Of a DNA stretch of 64,000 bases, positions 35,446-50,129 are shown one piece after another (positions within the stretch are counted from its first letter, which is position 1; each line of letters opens with the position of its first letter). The stretch spans positions 4,919,036-4,983,035 of the forward strand of contig JBNZDD010013726.1 in the NCBI GenBank assembly GCA_050575255.1. Direction: 5' to 3'. The notes beneath the pieces are model-generated. The model made no database searches. It had not been told where the DNA came from and was given only the letters and a program-made list of their open reading frames with translations. Source of the DNA: Harriotta raleighana. Its lineage: Eukaryota. The position numbers and the translations under genes were made by a program.

Positions 35446-38400
35446 TGCAATCCAGTTATAAATATAAAGTTGGACTCTATACTGTATGGCTAATTTAAAA
35501 CTAACATTGAGTTAATCTTCTAACTGTGAACTCAATATAAACAATAGTGGTATATGGGAAGAATAAATTTGCATCAATTCAAACTCGTGCAAGTCAGTTT
35601 ATTTCACTGCAGTGAAGATTTGGGCATATTTTGAAGTATTTCTGTGGTTTTCTCCAAGCAGGTGTCTTCACTACAAAGATAACCTGAATAAACATTCTCC
35701 GGTGTTAATCCTCACCTTTTACTCAGCAGATTAAGAAAAGGTGCTGGAGAATGAGTTGCATTGATGCCCTAGTCTGAAGTGACACTGATATTACCCCTCA
35801 CTATACCAAGGTTGAGTCATGTAACACCTTTCCAGTATTTTACAGAATAAAGTAACTTTTTTTTTCAAATTTATACCTCAAAATTTATAAAGATGACACA
35901 TCAATTTAGTATAATCTGAAGTATTTTTACGTATATTCTAGAAACTTCTATCTTGATAGGAAGGTATTTATTTTGAACCCATAAAACCAAGCCTAATAAT
36001 CTAATGGTAAAGCAGAGTCTGGCTCTGAAGTGAAGTGCACTGATCAGGTGTGCAAAGCAGAAAAGCCATTTGATTGTATGAAACCCAACTGATAGCGAAG
36101 AGCATATTTTTAAATATGCTAGAATTGGCCCCACATTCTTAACATGCAGGTTATGTACTAGAAAAAAACAACAATGAGTTATTTTGCACTAGTTCAGGCC
36201 AACAGAGCTTGGATGTGAGTGGTTTTCTGTGGATGCTGTGTTAAGCTATGAAATGCTCAGTGCAGTTTCAGGGATGGTATCTTATGCAATATTCAAATCA
36301 GATTTTACACTGTGCTGTTTCTGATGACCCAGTAGAATGAAGATTATGCTGCTTGTAATTTGTGCTATATCTGCCAAGGCACCTATCGATTCTCTCACAG
36401 CACACTCAGAGGTGACTCCTTGACTGTTATCTGCAGTGTTCAAAGAATTCTGTGTTGGCGAGTTTCCAAAGCAGGATCCGCACTTTTGGGGTTTTAAAGT
36501 GTACAAAAGTAGCACAAAAGTGCTGTTTAATCCTTGCATTTTCAGAGATGTTAGTTTTGTACTTGACTCAGGCAGCAGTGTTTTTAGTTTGAACTAAACA
36601 GAGTAACTGCTTTCCCCTTTCCCACAGAAAAATAGCAATCATTCTCCCCAAATGACCCTTTGTTCTCTACAGTTTGTTTTTTGCTTAGTTTTGTAATGCA
36701 TCATATTACATTGTAGAATTTCACTGTGATTTAAAAGTGTTTTGTCTATACCCACCCATGTCTTGCAATTCCCAAAGGATCTATTAAAAATAACTCCCTG
36801 ACTATAAATATTGTCATTGTCCAGTAAAGTGATAACTCACATTAGTAGAATATAAATTGATATACACTGATGTACATCAGTAATGATCTTTGCCCCTCAC
36901 AGCTGAGACCACAGTCAGATTGAAGGGATCGTTCACTATCACTGAGCACACAGAACACCTCACTGGTGCCTGTGTGTTACAGACAGTCTGCCATGTGTGA
37001 AACGGTTGCAAGAGCTCACTAGGACCTGCTCATGGATAATGGGCAGTTTCGTGCTCCGCACACAACACTGGTAGTTGACTGTTCACCAGTGAGGTACTCC
37101 ACGTAATCTCTTCCCTTTCACATAAAACGAGAAAGAAATGGGTATCAAAGAAGAATAGGAAAGGATAAAACCCAAACTGGAAGACAGTGGAAGAACAGAT
37201 GAAGGAGGAGTTCATTAATTCATGCTTTCTGTCTGTGAAAAAGATTACATAATAAACTCTTAATTTATTATCACTGTTGGGAAGGTACTGAGATGATCTT
37301 TGTTAGATTAACAATGTTAAGTGCTGACTTTGTTGCTACTGGACTTAATCGAGCAGTGATTAAGTGGAAGTATCCATTGCTTTGCAGTTATTTAATTTTC
37401 AATGAGTTGAATTTTGAAACATTGCACTGATCAGAGACAAGTAATTGTAAAACAATTCCTCTAGTTGGTACTCCATCATGACTGCAGCTACTATTTGAAA
37501 TAGAAGCAAGGTAATCTTAAATGTAATACGGTATTTACTGATTTTTGCTTGGTTTGTGGGTTTGGATTTTGAAGGCTGTGGTTCAGTGTTGCAGATAATA
37601 TCATGAAACCAGAGTCAGGGAGCATCAAAGTTTCTGGTTTGACAAGGCTCTTAATCATGCAGTTGCTTAGAAACAAGTGTCAGCCTGATGATTTAAATGC
37701 CACTATGTTTGGCTAACAGCTTATTCCGATGAAGTAATTCAGTGAGGTCAATTGATTTAAAGCAGATTTTGATACTGTACTTCACTTGTTCAAACTCCCT
37801 TCTACAGTTATATTTATGCATATTCCATTTTTCAAAGATATCGTAAAGATACACAAGATGTGGGACATTAAGCAGCGAAGATCCCAGCGGAAGGGTTTAA
37901 GTTGAGATATAAAGAATGGTTCAGTTCTATAAATCAGCTAAATTAAACACTCGAAAATTACAATTAAGGTTAACAAAATCAAACACACTGACCAAGAGAC
38001 TAATATGTAAGTCCCAAATATACTTTACAAATCTCTAGAAAATATAAAGTACTGTTTCTTCAGAAGAAAGAGAAAGAAAGGTTCTGGAGTCCTCGATCAA
38101 TTAAAAACGTTGTGGAAAATTAATCTAAAAGCAGGTTACAGTGTTTTTAAGTATTTATACTAGAATTCTGTCTCTGACATGAACCATAGTGCCTGATCTT
38201 GGAGTGACTTTTACTGAGTGGTGGAGCTGACCAGTTAGTAAAACTCTTCTGGCTGGTACTCGCATTGAGGCAAAGGTTACTGCAATTACTGATCCAGTTG
38301 TGGACACTTGATGCTGTATTTGTCTTGTGATCCGACCCTCAGCCTTCCCCTGGCTGGTATCCCAGCCTCTTGTCACCAATACCTATGACCATGGATCTTT

Positions 38401-38844
38401 TAAAAAAAGGTTTTAATTTGATAGGTATTTCCTTGAGTGGGAAATGCACCAGGCAGGAGATGGGGTGATTTATTGCTGGCCACAGGGAAAGCAGATCGTG
38501 TTATCCTAATATGGTGCAGCATGAGGACAAATTGTGCTGTCAATACAGAAGCAAACCAGAGGAGATTCCATAATTCTATGTTTCTGCAATAAAGTCAATT
38601 TTCCCTAAAGTCCTAACGTCGTGAAATATGATTGAGGCATAAGGAATAATAGACCATTTTTATATCTCTGTAATTAGGAACACAGGATTTGAAGTCATTT
38701 TTCAGGTGGTTAATTTCATTTCAGGGTGATGCTGTGGTTTTTTTTGAATTTTGAAACATTTTGTTTCACTACTACATCTTTCAATGGTACTGTATATTGG
38801 AGAGGAGAGAGGGGAAAATGCTGCAATAGAGATCAACTCTGTCT

Positions 38845-39243
38845 TCACTGTCTTCCAGACTTCACTGGCTCCCTGTCCCAGAGAGGATTGATTTCAAGAT
38901 CCTCACCCTTGTTTTCAAATCCCTCCACTCTTCTGCACCCCCCTTTACCTCTCCAACCTCCTCTTTCCTCAAGCCTCCTCCTTGTCCCCAGTATCCTCCG
39001 CTCCACCATTGGCAGCCGTGCCTTCAGCCACTACGCCCCAAGACTCTGAAACTCCCTTCCTCACTCCCTTCACCTTGCCCCCTCTCTTCCCAGTTTCAGG
39101 TCTCAGCTAAAGACCTTTCTCTTTGACCGCGCCTTTGGTCACCTTTCTACCCCTGCCCCTGGCTTGGTCCTGGGATCCATTATTGTGAAGTATTCTGAGA
39201 CGCCGTCCGAGTGGAGGGTGCTATATAAATCTGAATTGTTACT
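38845..39243 (+). mobile_element. L2 LINE 3' end
   Basis: CTTCACTGGCTCCCTGTC..AGAGGATTGATTTCAAGATCCTC (LHWLPV..RIDFKI), then STIGSRAFSHYAPRL, AAGACCTTTCTCTTTGACC and the tail GTGCTATATAAAT. Confidence 0.85.
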
Positions 39244-40331
39244 GTAAAGAAGTAGACTGAGTAGACAAAGAAAATTTTGAAAAAAAAACGTGTAGATTGC
39301 AAGCCTGATTAAAAATAATTTGTAATGTCTGGCCTTTTAGTACCGAAAATGGTTTAAAAAGAAAGAACCTGTGTATCTCTGATATCAGGTGGCAGTTAAT
39401 GTATTTGATCTAACTTGTATGTTGTTATTGTTCTGGACTAGAAAGCTTCCCACATGGGGCAAAAGGATGTACTGGCCTCATGTTGAAATCTAATGCTTCA
39501 CTATTGTTCTGGAGTAACATCTGTGCACATCATGATTGATCCATTAGGGAGGGATGTTACATTCATGCTATGTTACAGTCCTGTTTTCTCCTCACTCTAG
39601 TTTTTCATGCTCTTTCTATGAATGTCTCTATCTTTTTGGCCACCTCTTCGATCCCTTCCATGTTCTACTGTATGCTTTTCCAGTCACCTTGAATTTGCAC
39701 CTCTCAAATCAATTCAGAATTTATTTCCTTTGACCTTTCCGATGATTGTAATCTCTTGCTTTTTATATTCTTTCCATTTAACCTATTGTATTTTGAATAC
39801 CTATCACCCTGTCATGCTGTTCTCTGTATCAGCACTTTTTCACCATCATTTTCATATACTGTATAATATATAGGGACAGATTAACCAGCTCACTGGACAT
39901 TGATGGAGTTGCCTATTCAGTGTGGGGGACCAGCCATCAATTTAATATGATGTTGATAAGCCTTTCACACTGTGGTTTGAATTTATCTGAAGCAGCAAAC
40001 TGCGTATTTTGCTCAGTTTCTTGATAACTGAGTTGTTTCTCCTGATATCTTGAAGAGATTAATCTGGCCACAGTACCATCTATGACATATCATCCAACCT
40101 TTTTTTACAAAAGTAAAGTTCAGGCCCTTGATATTCAGTAATGTGATTCCTTTGGTTTGATCGGTTACATCCATAGTTTCCTGTACAGATATGAACAGCA
40201 CGCCAAAAGCAAAAGTTTCTTATGTTTAATAACATTGAAGAATAATGCAGTCTTCTTGGGAGGAGAGAGCACTGTAAATTTCCAGTCTGTGTATTAACAC
40301 TGGGAGAATAGTTTATGCTGAGTCAATTTTA

Positions 40332-40430
40332 ATAATAATAATCCTGGTATTTGATATAGCGCTTTTCACATCTTCCACATATCTCAAAGCGCTTCACAGA
40401 ATATGCTGTAAAGTGTATATTTGTGGGTGA
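40332..40430 (-). mobile_element. SINE 3' fragment
   Basis: (AAT)nCCTGGTATTTGATATAGCGCTTTTCACATC...AAAGCGCTTCACAGAATATGCTGTAAAGTG. Confidence 0.85.
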
Positions 40431-43400
40431 GATTTTGATTTATATTCCACATTTCATGAAAAAGTAGTGATGATTCCAACAACAACAAAATTATATTTGT
40501 ATAGAGTCTTTCACTTCAGGAGGATGTCCCAAGGTACTGATTACCACCAAACATGCAGCATAAAAACAGCCTAAGCCACCGTTGATTGTGTATTATTTAA
40601 AATTGCGCAGTTCTGTCTGGTTTTATAAACTGTTTGTATCCTGGATAAGACGTTCAAATGGCCTTGCTATCGTGATATAGCCCTTTGACAACAGTGCTAT
40701 GTGTCTCTGTTAAATATCATTTAACTATGATATTTCTGCACAAGTAGAATAGCAGCTGAGGGTTGGTGGACTTCATTAACTTCCAGTGCATCTCTCTCAT
40801 TCTTCCCCGTCACAGTGTTGCCTCTCTCCAAGAGATTACAGCACTTCCCTTCCAACATTGCTGCCACTGCACCTTTTTCAAGGTCACCATTACAGTGTGC
40901 TGCTGTTACCATCTCATTAACAACACAAGCAACTCACAGATTTCTATATGCTCAACAGATATTGTGCAATGTTTTAAATCAAATGCCTTTTAACTCGGGG
41001 CAATGAGTCACTAAAAATTCAGTCCCTTTGTCTGAACCCTATGTTCCCTTGGTTGCACATCCACGAAAGGCATGTGTAAAATTATGGCTTCAATACATTT
41101 AAAAATATCAACAGACCCAAGTTTCAGCCTTTTTCCCGCCCACGTTTTCTTAATACTTGTCACCCTCAAGCCAAGATCATTGAACTTCCACAATGCCATG
41201 CAATCTTGCATAGCACAATTGCATATTAGAGAGTTATCACAGCTCTTCCAATATTAGTACTGTACTAGAGCCATTAACTTATGTGAGATTGGCTAGCCTT
41301 CTCTTTAATCACAAAAGCAAGAATGGATTTATTTTACATAGGGAATTAGGACAAAACAGTGGCACCCTTTTCACATATTTGTCCTGATGTGAGATTAGTA
41401 CCTTATTTCATTTCATTTTAAAGATTTCTTAAGCTTTTCACTTGCAAGTAGACCCATTATAGAACAGTTCGAATCACAAAACACCTCCCAAAATACTATT
41501 AAATTAAATGTTGGATTGACAGATGTACTGTATCACTAAGCATAAAATTAGTCATTAATCCGACTCTACATCCACAACAACAAAGGCTTGTATTTATATA
41601 GCTCCATCATGCTTTTCAATTAAGGGCAGTAAGTCACCAATAATTCAGTCCCATTTTCTGGACCAAGTTTTCCTTGCTTGACAGGTACTAAATGCAGTCA
41701 TGCTGGAGTACTTAACAACTGTGTGGTTTGGTTTGATGTTGAGGGGAAGCGACCGAAGGTCCAGTGGAAGAGGAAAATCCTCGGGTGTGATTTGCAGACA
41801 GGCAAAGAAGGGATTTAGGCCTCATGGCTAACAGGATGAGGTGACTTGCAGAAGACCTGAACAAGTTGAGCGAAGGTGGCGGGTAGTGGAGTGGGTCAGA
41901 TCCTATCCTGGAATTTCTTTGACTTCAGTCTACTACTAGTTCTTCATTGTCTGCAACTAATATTTCAGACTGTAATTTCATTAGATGCAAAGTGTTGTCA
42001 ACAGATGCCAAGTGATGCAATGGCAATTGCTCAGAGTAAAATTGCAGATAGTATCGCAATTGATTTAGGTCCATTTCACTCTCTCGCGGGACTTCCTAAC
42101 ACTGGAATGGGCAGTTTAATTAATCTCTTCCTATTCACTGCTCAGTGAAGCATTCAAACTTTAGTCCCGGGTGACCCTCTCCATGAGCCCAGCTGGCTCT
42201 GCATGCCATGGAAACTGGTGAAATCTGAGAAAATCTCATTCTATCTCCAGCATAGGAAATGTTTCTTAGCTTGGGTCCTGTCAGAATTTTTTTTCCCACA
42301 AGACTCCCATACCAACCTCAATGATGCACTCTCCATAAACTAGCTGGTGGTTATAGAGGATCTCCTGGTTCTCATCCTTTGTTAACTGAGTGTTACCCAG
42401 CACCAACACCCTCTGCTTTCCCTACACCAATCATGTGGAATGCGATCTTTGAATTAAATCTTTTTTTTCCCTTTTTTGAGTTGTGGATGTCATTGAAATT
42501 CTGGAACTAATGTATGTGACATATTTACTGGAGTGTAAATGATATTTATGAATAACATTTTGATTTTACATTTGTTCTGTGCCAAAATATTTTTTTTTGA
42601 AAAAAAAGCTTCATGTATTTAATGAACCAAATATAATTGTAACAAGGCTAGTGTAGCTGTGAGTTTATGATGTCTGCTCCTCAGTCCTCAGTAATACAGA
42701 TGTCACACCTACCATTATGCAGCGCCCAGCCACACATGTATGACTTGATTCCTTTTGTTGTCATGGTTTTAATTTTCAAACCCAAAAGTATATTGTTTCC
42801 TGATTTTGCAGCGTTTTGGGGGTTTCTGAGAGCCTTTTCTCCAATCTGGAGATGGTGCTTTATTTGAGCATAACCATAATAATGAATGTGTGTCTGGTTT
42901 GCGACTGCTTTGTTTCATTGGTGTTCGATAACTGCAGAAGAATGAGCTGATCCATGAAACTTCCATCTGTGGCCTTGTCAGGCTCCCTGCACGTGTCCCA
43001 TTCTTTTCTGTAGCATCTGCTCTCTGCAGCTCACAAACATTCTGAGTGTTAGCACTTAGATGGACCCAAACCCATAGTTTACAAAAGGGAGCAGAATGCA
43101 ATATATCTCTCCCATTGAATGTTAAATAGCCATCAGAGTCACACACAAATTACACTAAAATATAACAGCAGAACTGGAAGCCAATCTATGCCCAATGGCG
43201 GGTCATATTTTCATAAAATCCCAGGAACCAGATGATGAGCATGTGAAATGTACTATATCCTCTCCCAATTGTACTTTTTTTCATACAATTGGAAGTAATG
43301 TGAGCTGTGGGGAGCAGGAGAGGAATGCTGTGTAACCATTCTGAATCTACTTGGGGGATTTCTCTTGTGCAGTTCGTCTGCTGTGCATTCCACTTTCTGT

Positions 43401-44324
43401 CATAAAGATGTCTTCAGTGGTGGTGTGGCCACAATCCAAATAATGTTATTACCTATATTTATATGCACGTCTATTCGTGGGTTAGGAGTATCCCAACTAT
43501 CTGTAGTGAAAATAAAACCAGAGCTTGTTGCCAATTAGGAGGCTGGCATTGGAGGGATTCCAGGGGGAACAGTGCCATTCTCTGGAATGCATACCATCAT
43601 AGTGAATCACTGCATGAGTCCAGGGAGAAGACATGCATGGACCATACTTATGCACCCTCCAGTAACTAGTTACATCATATTATTGCCGCAGCCCAAGGTG
43701 CGGTTGCCTCTCCAGACGTTTCAACAGAGAACGATGCTCAGTTGGGGAACAGTAAAAGGGAGAAATAATGAATCTTATAAAAATATATTTCCCATGTTTT
43801 TCCAATAGTGTGGAGTTTTATTATTGGTTAATGGTATGACTCATGCTGCAACTGATTTCCAATGCTTCTCATATTGTACTTGAATATTGTACAAGGTTGT
43901 GGGTTGAAGCCACAAAATACATGGTCGCTATCTTTCAATCCTGTCAAGACTTTGAGAAATCTGCCTGATGTGAAAAATGTTATATCAAAGGCAAAGGCTA
44001 TTATTATTATTTTTGAATATTGAAATGATGCATTATGGAATTGCTTTCCAGCAAATATAACTCTCACCTGTGATCCGTGTCATTTCGTTTTGTGAAAGTG
44101 CTGTGTAGCTCCAGGCTAGCCATGTGCTTTATTCAGCTCTGACAAAGTGAGATAGAAAACCTGAAATATGCATATGCCGAACTGTAGATCCAGGCACTAC
44201 TTTTAACATCAGACTGAAAATAATAGGCTCCGGGTTACCAAGTCTCCCTAAACCAGAAGTGTGACTTGTATTCTGTGATGTTCCTTCTGATTGCTTAAAT
44301 TCAGTAGCTCTATAGATCTGGGGC

Positions 44325-44530
44325 AGCATTTTCTCACTACTGGGAGCTGGATTTCACTCTAACCTGACCAGATGGAATGAAAGCTTCCTCTCTGATGACT
44401 GTTAAGGTTAGAAGTGCAGCTTCCAGTGCACACAAGTCCACAGGACAAACTGTCTAGGATTTGGCACTGGTTAGAGATGCTCCCTGCCAACAACCCATAA
44501 GGATAGACTGTGTGAAACTGAAAAGTCACA
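44325..44530 (+). mobile_element. Possible ancient LF-SINE-like remnant
   Basis: TTTCTCACTACTGGGAGCTGGATTTCACTCTAACC...GAAAGCTTCCTCTCTGATGACTGT loosely follows the LF-SINE head region; highly diverged. Confidence 0.3.
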
Positions 44531-45627
44531 CTTGGACAGCATTGAATGCTCTTCTGAGTTTAATTCTTAGGCTTATTGGACCAGCAACAAACCAAGATCA
44601 CTGAAAACCACATCACTGAAAAGAAGGTTCCTTTATTGTTTTCAATATTTTTCCTCATTTTTGAATGGGATAAGTTGATATCCCTAATTTCCTGCAAACA
44701 CTGAAATCTTGTCAGCAATAGAAGCGGACTTCAGTCAGGTCAGTCGTTATTTACGCCTTCCGCCGGTCCCATTTCCCCATTGAAGTTTGAGGCTGCTCAC
44801 TGACCTCTAACCATGGGCTACAAGAACACGCAACGTCTTCAAGGTGAAAACACTGTTCACCAGGAAGGAAGGAAGGAAACCCCACTGTCAAAGTAACAAA
44901 GGATAGATACATTCAGTTCATACTATTGCATCTCTTCAATGGGTCACCCAATGTCATTTTTTTCCTCCATCAATAAGTTCATTGATTTTGAAAGCTAGTT
45001 TTTAAGAGAAGCTGACTCCCAACTATGTTCACTAGAACTATTGAATTTAGTTTTAATTTTCAAAGTATTTTTTCTATGATTCTTAAAATGTTCAGACTTC
45101 CAAATGATTTTTTTTTAAAAATTCTTCTTGATCTTAAATTTGAAAACAAAATGGTCTTATGGATTTAATTAGGTAGAAAGGCAGGCCTCTGTAGTGTTGC
45201 TGACAATTTGTAGATACTTTACTATAGGTGGAAAACAGACATTCTTCAAGCACAAATCTAAGTGCTGAATACCAGTGGTAGAGGTTGGTCAGCAGTAACA
45301 CTGTCCTGCTGTTTAATCTCTGAGCACAGATGGCNCATAAAACCTCTTCTATGAGGTTGGTCAGCAGTAACACTGTCCTGCTGTTTAATCTCTGAGCACA
45401 GATGGCTCAAAGGCCAGGGAGGATTGGGGTGCAGAGAGGACAACACATTCAAACTGCTTGACAGAATGCTGGGCACAGTTTATGGTTGTAATTTTTCTCA
45501 ATGTTGCATTTCCCAAGCTGTATTGTACCACTGCTTGTAAACCAAAGAATAAAAAGACACAGGGGTAAATACACTCATGTCATCTTTTATTTCATTTAGG
45601 GTTACATTATCCCCTAAATAGTCATAT

Positions 45628-45724
45628 CCACAACATATACAGTCAATTCACTTTACAATATATTCAGTAAAGCGCTTTGAGATGCCTCGAAGACTTGATA
45701 ATGCAGGGATTATTATTATTATTA
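45628..45724 (+). mobile_element. SINE 3' fragment
   Basis: ATATACAGTCAATTCACTTTACAATATATTCAGTAAAGCGCTTTGAGA...ATGCAGGGATT(ATT)n. Confidence 0.85.
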
Positions 45725-46304
45725 AATCATAGCTGAAATGTAAACATTCTACATTCAAAAATTTCAGTTCATAAGTTAATTTACTGAAGAGGCAAAGAAG
45801 GAACTTGGTCGCAGCAGATTTTCCATCTGGGCTGCTGGCACAGTCTCCACAAATGCTCACAACAGGGAATATTGCCTCGCATGTGACTTGTACCTTCCAT
45901 TAGATTTTCCTGAAAACATCCAACACAATTGCTGATAGATTTTCTTCATCATTCATACACTGTAATAAGAGACAAATGGAATTTGAGTGTCCTCATGAAC
46001 TTCAAGTGCTTGGGGGAATATTGCAGAGTGAATTTCACTGGAGTTCACGGAATGCTGAATTTATGTAAATTAAATACATTAGAAATGCTTTAAGAACAAC
46101 TCAAGGGCCTCATGCACTTTGAGAATACTAGCCTAGCCTCTGAATCAAAGTCCAACTGTAAGCAGGTATCAGGTAAGTATTAAGGAGATTGTTGGATAGG
46201 TTAGCTTTATGTATTTCTAGCATTCTTTACATTTAAAAGGTACAGAAACTATACCCTGACAATACATGTCAGGGTGTAGTTTTTGTAGTCGAGGGTGAAA
46301 GCGG

Positions 46305-47095
46305 ATATATCCGCTTCCACCCTCGACTCCAGGACTACTGGCGTTCTGACTGCGTGTCTGTCCGTCATTGAGTCCTGGACGAGGGACAACTTCCTCCAAC
46401 TAAACGTCAACAAGACGGAGGTCCTCCTGATTGGTTTGCGTCCGCAACTCAGCAACATCAGCATTCAAGGTTGCTCTCTCCACCTCTCGAAGCGAAACAG
46501 GAAATTGGACATCCTGTTCGATCCCAAATCTGCACCATGACCAGTACAGCCTTCCACCACCTCCGCAGCATTGTCAGACTCCACCACCACCTCACCCACC
46601 ATGCTGCCGAAACACTCATCCATGGATTCATCACATCTAGGCTCAACTACGGGAACTCTCTTCTCGTCGGCCTTTCTAGATCCTCCCTGCAGATTATTCA
46701 AAACTCTGCAGCTCGTGTAATCTCTGCACTAGGCTCCGTGACCACATCACTCCTACCCTCGCCCGTCTTCCCATCTCGCAGAGGATCAAATTCAAGATCC
46801 TCATCCTCACTGTCAAGGCCATTCACGGCCTTGCCCCCTCCTATCTCTCCGAACTGCTGTCACTCTATCACCCTGCCCATCCCCTCCGTTCAGTGGGCTC
46901 TGGCCTGCTCTACATCCCCAGCGCGAACTGCTCTACCATCGGTGGCCGGGCTTTCAGCCTCTCTGACCTCACGCTCTGGAACTCCATCCCGCAATCCTTT
47001 CGCCTCACCTCCTCCCTTTCCTCCTTCAAGGCTGGTCTCAAGACCTTCCTCTTCGACCGTGCTTTCTGCTCCCCTTCTAACTCTCCCCCCTATCC
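46305..47095 (+). mobile_element. L2 LINE ORF2 C-terminal fragment, frameshifted
   Basis: CLSVIESWTRDNFLQLNVNKTEVLLIG, AFHHLRSIVRL..AAETLIHGFITSRLNYGNSLL..LQIIQNSAAR, and GGRAFSL..LWNSIP..FKAGLKTFLF appear in successive frames. Confidence 0.95.
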
Positions 47096-49652
47096 TACTC
47101 TCCTTCCCCCTATCCCTACACCCTAACCCTAAACCTCCCCCCCTCCCCCGCCCCTTGTATTGGACCTCAATACAAGAGCTACGTAGAACCTTCCAAAGGA
47201 CAGTACAAACAACCAAGTGAAATTGGTACAAATTAATCCATAATTAATCCAAATGCACCTTTGTTTGAATTTACTCTATTGATGGAGCGTTTTAGATCAT
47301 CCAGAATTCAGCAAATTGTTAAATTTCTTCTCATCTTTGAATAGAATACCAACAAAATATAAGATTACATTTATAGAGCACCTTTCACGTCGGGTTTCTT
47401 AAAATGTGTGTAAAAAATGCTTTTTAAGTAAAAAAATTAAAATTCTTAAAAAAGAATTTTTAAGTAAAAAAGAATTTGACAAATTCTGAATGGTGCATAA
47501 ATAGAATAAATCTAGACTCCAGTGGAATTTCATCTCAAGTATACCTTCAGTATTTATAGTTTCACTCAATTTTTTGAAAAGATCATTCGAATCGTTCAAA
47601 CAAATAATGTTCTTTAAATCATCTTGAATGTTTTCTGTGAGTACTGTATATAGCAAAGAAATCCATTATCTAATAAAATTATACAGACTGACAAAAAGAA
47701 TAGTCTCACCATATTCTATCTTCCAATCTATTTCCCTGCTGAAATTAATTGCACAGAAGCCAAATATCTTTAGGGCTGTGCCCTTTGTGGAGCTGGTACA
47801 TTTGTATATTTTAGACTTCTGTATTTTAAAGAATTCATAATGTTTACAATAGCATCTTTTGAGATTTAATAGATTTGGATTTAATATATAATTTTTCTTT
47901 ACGTGCATTATGCATTTAGAAATGCAGCTTTTCAGCTGCATTCACGCAACTGAAAAGCCTGTTTGATGTGTAAATTTGGCCAAGCCTGCGGGACATCAGT
48001 CTCTGGGGAATGACGCCTCAGCTGCCAGCTTGATGGCCGTTTTGTCAGCCGAGAACAGTGAGATTGCACTGATCTGGCCCACACTGCAATCTGGACTCTA
48101 TCTGTGTTGCCTGCTAAATTCACAATGTATAGTAGTATTGAGCTGTGAAATGTACAGTTGAATTCGTAACATCCGCTCCCCGCTAAGCCATTATTTATAT
48201 GTTTACAATTAACGATCAATTATAACATAAAACATTTCCTGTTGAATTATTGTGCTTTCAAATCAAGAAAAAAATCTAACGGTAAAGAACTCTGGCTGTA
48301 TCTGTCAGGCCAGCTTTGTGGGTAAAAGCACTGCAGGATGAGGCTATGCAGGTTGTGCTGGTGCAGAGGAGAGAGCATTGTGGTGGTGCAGTGTGTACAT
48401 GATTGTGGTGGAGACAGGCTTGTGGTGCAATGTGTACATGATTGTGTTGCAGTGAGAACAGCATTGTGGTGGTCAGTCGGGTAGCATTGTAGTGGCGCAA
48501 GCTTTATCCGCTGACTTCTAAATAGTTCCCCAAGCAGGTATCCGAAGGCTCCTTATACCAGGTGTTGCGTTAGAAAATAATGCTGATTTGAAAAGCTACG
48601 GTCAGTGGAGAGTTTTGTGGAAGAGCCTGTATTGCATAAATTAGCAAAGTGCTCAGTCGTACATGTTTTTCAGCAAATAGTTTCAAACACGTTTCCTATC
48701 CTAGGGAGTGTTCCATCTGGGTCTGGACTTATTCTGTTTATGTGGCATTTCAGAGAGTCCAGAAATTGGCAACTTGTTGAATTCAGTCTCAACTTTGAAC
48801 AGGTTTAAATTGCTTACAGAAATCCGACTTCAGAACCTGCACTGTAGTTAAGAATTTCAGCAAACTCTGAAGTGTTACATAAATAGAGCATATCTATTCC
48901 CAGGTGGAATTTCTACTTCCCTGCCTTGAGGTGTGCTAACTACTGTAAATGACTACAGTATTTTTCAAAAAACAAATGTACTCAGAGATAGCCAAGGAGT
49001 AACCAATAATCCCCCCTTTTAAAACAAAACAACAAACCAATTAAAATACTAGCATTTTGAAAATATATTCATTATGTCCCTTTCAATTAGTCTTGTTGTA
49101 GAACTGCCATGTTCTGAACTTATCACAACTGGAACCTTTATTTCCACAGTGAGGTGCCTGTTGATACGCTATGCCCTTCAGGTGGGAAGCCACTGGATGT
49201 GAAACATCCCACCATCATTGTTAATGGAGCTTTCTGTTCGGATGGATGGGATATGTACTGGAGCACACATATCAGTTTGAAGCTCCTTCAGGATATACTG
49301 TAATGTTTAGTAACAGTGCTTCATGTAATGAATGATTGAGAAATAACGAAATGCACCCAGTGGAGAGAGCAGGCTTAAGTGAAAAGCGTGACTGAAACCC
49401 ATGAAAGATTACTTCGAAATATTATAATTTACCATAACCCTGTGGTTAAATAAGTTTTACTTGTAACCTAAATCACTCATCCAAGGCATTGGAGATGCGA
49501 GCAAAGAAGATGAATTCCAAAGTATGATGGATGAACTATGAGTAATTAGATAAACTAGGTCCTTTGTAGCTTTGGAAAATCTGTATCTCATTGGAAGCCT
49601 TAGAGAGGGTAAATAAGATACTAATTTTGACTGAGAAAGTAAACTCAGAACA

Positions 49653-49725
49653 ACACTTTCAGGTATCCTAATGGGGAGAACAAAAGAGTACATTTTGTTC
49701 TCCCCATTAGAATACCTGAAAGTGT
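49653..49725. repeat. 73-nt near-perfect hairpin (33-bp arms, 1 mismatch, 7-nt loop)
   Basis: ACACTTTCAGGTATCCTAATGGGGAGAACAAAA-GAGTACA-TTTTGTTCTCCCCATTAGAATACCTGAAAGTGT. Confidence 0.95.
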
Positions 49726-50129
49726 GGGGATGGGAGGGAATCAAACAACCACGTTCAAGCAACCACATCCATTCAGCAACCACCCCCGGTTAGCAATGAC
49801 CTTGGAACAGCTCTGACCACCCAGTTCGCACACCTTACTCAGAGGCCAACATTATACAAAGACTTCTTTGATCCATTCCCCTCAGTGGTTGTTATAGTAG
49901 TTATGGCCACTCTTTGTGATCAGCCAACAAAATAAATGAGAAAAAAACTGAAAACTCACTACCCATCGAACATGGACTTACCTGGACTGGTGTGAATGTT
50001 CAGGGGATTGGTGGTGGAGGGTTGGGGGTTTGGGAGGTTGGGGAGGTGGTTCTTGATAGCCCAGTGAGCTACTTCCAGCCCTCAGGACAGAATTTGGCCA
50101 CCACTGCATTTTATAAAGGTTACCGGGAA

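Noticed and set aside
46471-47220. Longest ORF (249 aa) as a host gene
   Set aside because: Its first half is L2 ORF2, and the Ser/Pro-rich remainder is an out-of-frame read of the same L2 copy.
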